Source: an uncultured Verrucomicrobiales bacterium
GTDB taxonomy: Bacteria; Verrucomicrobiota; Verrucomicrobiia; Verrucomicrobiales; Akkermansiaceae
Assembly: GCA_964445335.1 (NCBI GenBank)
Contig: CAYUKP010000001.1
Span: 1 to 44,918, forward strand
Direction: 5' to 3'
Length of the DNA: 44,918 bases
Positions 42,516-44,918 of the stretch are shown piece after piece; the first letter of the stretch is position 1; each line of letters opens with the position of its first letter. A model generated the notes under the pieces. The model saw only the letters and a list, made by a program, of their open reading frames with translations. It had not been told where the DNA came from and searched no databases. A program made the position numbers and the translations under genes.

Positions 42516-43775
42516 TTATCCTTTAGAGGCATCGTCTAAAGCTTGTTTGAATAATGTAAGAGCTTCAGAGACTTCATCAGCAGTTACATTGAGAGGAGGA
42601 AGTAACCTTACGACATTAGATCCTGCTGGAGGTACTAATAGACCGAGTTCGGCCATTGTATTACAGAGGTGTATGGAAGCCGTTGTGCCTTCTGGGAGGT
42701 TTAAGGCATCCTCAACGAGCGCAATACCAAGGAGTAGACCTGTACCACGCACCTCTTGAATACAAGGGTGATTCCATGAGGAAATTTCAGCTTTGATTTG
42801 CTCTGAGCGCTCATTGACATTTTCTAGGAGGTTTTCCTCGATGATCGTTGAGATCACCGAAAGGGAAACCGATGAGGCTAAGGGGTTGCCTCCATAGGTA
42901 GATCCATGTGACCCTGGTCCCAAGATGGTAGAGAGTGCACTTTGGGATGCACCTACTTCACGGTCTGATATCCAAAACCCTCCAATGGGGAAGCCGCCTC
43001 CCATTCCTTTAGCCCAAGAGATCGAGTCAGGTTGTAACTCTGGATAGAACGATCTCCATCCCATGAGTTCACCTGTTCTACCGAACCCACATTGGACTTC
43101 ATCCAAGAGGAGGAGAAGGTTATGCTGTTTGCAGAGCCGTTCGATAGTCTTAAGGAATTCAATAGATGCCGGGTGAATTCCACCTTCTCCTTGGAGTGGT
43201 TCTAACATGATGGCAACTGTGCGGTCTCCAACGGCTTTTTCTAAGGCTTCACTGTCATTAAAGGGCAAATGAGAGAATCCACTCAGGATGGGCGCAAAAC
43301 CTTGTTTGATTTTGTCCTGCCCCGTAGCAGACATTGCACCAATGGTGCGACCATGAAAGGACATGTTAAAGGTGAGAATTTCAAATCTAGACTCTCCTTT
43401 GGCATTAGGGTGTTCACTGCCATATTTTCGAGCAAACTTTATCATGCCGTCATTGGCCTCCGCTCCTGAATTTGAAAAAAACATCTTCCCAGGAATCTTG
43501 ATACATTGTTCTACGATTAGTTCTGCCAGGTCAGCTTGAGACGGGATATGGTAGAGGTTAGAGCAATGCATGAGCTTTGCCGCCTGATTTTGGATCGTTG
43601 ATAAAATTTTTGGGTGGGCATGCCCTAAGCTGCAAACTGCAATCCCCGTGCAAAAATCTAAATACCTTTTTCCGTCTACATCCCATAGTTCAGTGCCTTT
43701 TCCGTGTGATGGTTCGATCGGAAACCTTCCATAGGTGGGTAGAATATATTGAGAGATTTTGTCAGCAGTTTTCAT
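42516..43775 (-). CDS. argD: class III aminotransferase, acetylornithine aminotransferase-like
   Basis: 419 aa. It has '..FSNSGAEANDGMIKFAR..', '..LLLDEVQCGFGRTGELM..' and '..GSTYGGNPLA..'. The exact substrate (acetylornithine, succinyl-DAP or GABA) cannot be resolved. Confidence 0.85.
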   Translation of the reverse strand: MKTADKISQYILPTYGRFPIEPSHGKGTELWDVDGKRYLDFCTGIAVCSLGHAHPKILSTIQNQAAKLMHCSNLYHIPSQADLAELIVEQCIKIPGKMFFSNSGAEANDGMIKFARKYGSEHPNAKGESRFEILTFNMSFHGRTIGAMSATGQDKIKQGFAPILSGFSHLPFNDSEALEKAVGDRTVAIMLEPLQGEGGIHPASIEFLKTIERLCKQHNLLLLLDEVQCGFGRTGELMGWRSFYPELQPDSISWAKGMGGGFPIGGFWISDREVGASQSALSTILGPGSHGSTYGGNPLASSVSLSVISTIIEENLLENVNERSEQIKAEISSWNHPCIQEVRGTGLLLGIALVEDALNLPEGTTASIHLCNTMAELGLLVPPAGSNVVRLLPPLNVTADEVSEALTLFKQALDDASKG

Positions 43776-43876
43776 AGCAGATTATATAGCAACTGTTTAT
43801 TCTTCAGAGCGTCAGGGTTCAATACTTATCTTTTGATTACCAAGAAGTCAGATCTGAAAATTTCATGATTTAAGAC

Positions 43877-44269
43877 TTGTCAACCGATAAGCGCAATATC
43901 ATTCACTTCGACTTACCTATGACATTTCCAGATCCTAATACTACAAAAGAACTCACAGCCTCAATGGTATCAACTCTCTTAGAAACAGAGGAAGATAATT
44001 TTGTTTTTATTGATTGTCGTGAGCCTGACGAATATGAAATTTGTAAAATTGTGGGAGCGGATCTGGTTCCCTTATCAAATTTCGAAATGGAAGTAGAAAC
44101 GCTATTTGCTGATGAAGAAGAATGTGCGGTTGTCTACTGTCATCATGGTGGGCGTTCGCTGAGAGCAGTAGAATGGTTGAGATCTAAAGGATACCCTAAC
44201 ACCTTTTCCCTTAAAGGGGGAATCGATGTATGGGCTCAAGAAATCGAAACAGATCTTGCAAGATACTAA
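43877..44269 (+). CDS. single-domain rhodanese-like sulfurtransferase
   Basis: The active-site loop is 'CHHGGRS', and '..GGIDVWAQEIETDLARY' is a typical C-terminus. The track start is a TTG at 43877; ATG 43919 (MTFPDP.., 116 aa) is an equally plausible start. Confidence 0.8.
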   Translation: MSTDKRNIIHFDLPMTFPDPNTTKELTASMVSTLLETEEDNFVFIDCREPDEYEICKIVGADLVPLSNFEMEVETLFADEEECAVVYCHHGGRSLRAVEWLRSKGYPNTFSLKGGIDVWAQEIETDLARY

Positions 44270-44918
44270 AGCTCAGAAACGTAAAAACCTGAAGGTTCTT
44301 CAACAGGGTGACCCGATGCGGTGCCGTAGTTGGGGAGCGATGTTTTCTTAGAGAGTTGCAGCTTTGTAGAGCGGTCTCTCTAGGTGAAATGGTCATCTAT
44401 CAAGTTTTTTGAAATTTCTTAAGTCCTCAAAGCTTGAGATGTATCATGTGGCCGTGGAGCGATTTAGTAAAGAAAGAAGGAGTCCTGTTAACCTCATGAT
44501 TTTTTGTGTGGCGGGGCTTTAGGCTCATGTTACCTTCGACGTAAGTGGCTTTTAGAATCAAGTACCAAAATATTGCTTACGAGGGTTAAACCCGGATTAT
44601 GACCAATCTGTATTATATGCCCCAAAAAGTCCTCGAAGCTCAAAGTGTTTCGTACCGAGAGGAGATACTTACCTTAGTGTAGTCGCCCTGCCCCCTTTTG
44701 AGTAAAGCTTATATACAAGGCGTTTGTTTATTGAATAGTTTTAGATACTCTATCCGATCGTCAATAGTGTTTTTATTTGAGGGAGCCTTCTTTGTAGTCC
44801 CTTTCTCGCTCTCTTTAGATTAGTGAAGAAGTTTTTGCCGTGGAGATGGAGAGATTTCTAAATTCTTCAGAGGGGCATGTGTAGAAAAATGAATTTCTCA
44901 CTTGGTATTGACCAGATG

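Noticed and set aside
44513-44541. tmRNA-like 5' motif (GGGGCTT...TTCGACG)
   Set aside because: The spacing between the GGGG acceptor start and TTCGACG is 15 nt, against about 8 nt in known tmRNAs. No T-arm (GGGTTCGAATCCC-like) or complementary ..CCACCA 3' end occurs in the remaining 380 nt. No plausible ..ALAA-type tag reading frame is present.

Overview
This 44.9-kb window is bacterial chromosome, moderately AT-rich, and most start codons lack a Shine-Dalgarno sequence. The taxon cannot be fixed from the sequence; the gene content fits a Gram-negative of the PVC or Bacteroidota-like type. I can support about 41 protein genes, 2 tRNA genes (Val-GAC, Lys-UUU), several intrinsic terminators and one good sigma-54 promoter. 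No rRNA, CRISPR array or intact mobile element is visible. The main feature is two tandem, paralogous 'Bat'-type envelope operons (MoxR AAA+ ATPase, DUF58, DUF4381, VWA, TPR, BatD, SH3), all on the minus strand at 13864->3790 and 24557->16741. They are separated only by proS and murI. The first operon is fully split and carries two extra genes: a SurA/PrsA-like PPIase and a BatD-like/DUF4381 fusion lipoprotein. The second carries BatB+BatC and BatD+BatE as single fused polypeptides. Other content falls into four groups. (1) A truncated integrase lies next to tRNA-Val at the left edge, probably an island boundary. (2) An mcsA-mcsB-clpC operon has no ctsR and is divergent from a marR-pgeF pair. 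(3) Nitrogen genes are present: a eukaryote-like GSII and a sigma-54-driven amt with no glnK. (4) A UgtP/MGDG-synthase-like glycosyltransferase is translationally coupled to a DHPS-like protein with altered active-site motifs. The remaining genes are housekeeping: alr, murI, proS, trpA, thrB, aat, ribF, argD and folP-like. Smaller oddities are a thrB whose conserved N-terminus has no in-frame start codon, a 476-bp ORF-free spacer with an orphan plus-strand terminator, and an ORF-poor 650 bp at the right edge. I found no clearly new defence-type system. The Bat-type operon pair and its accessory genes are the best candidate for unexplored biology.
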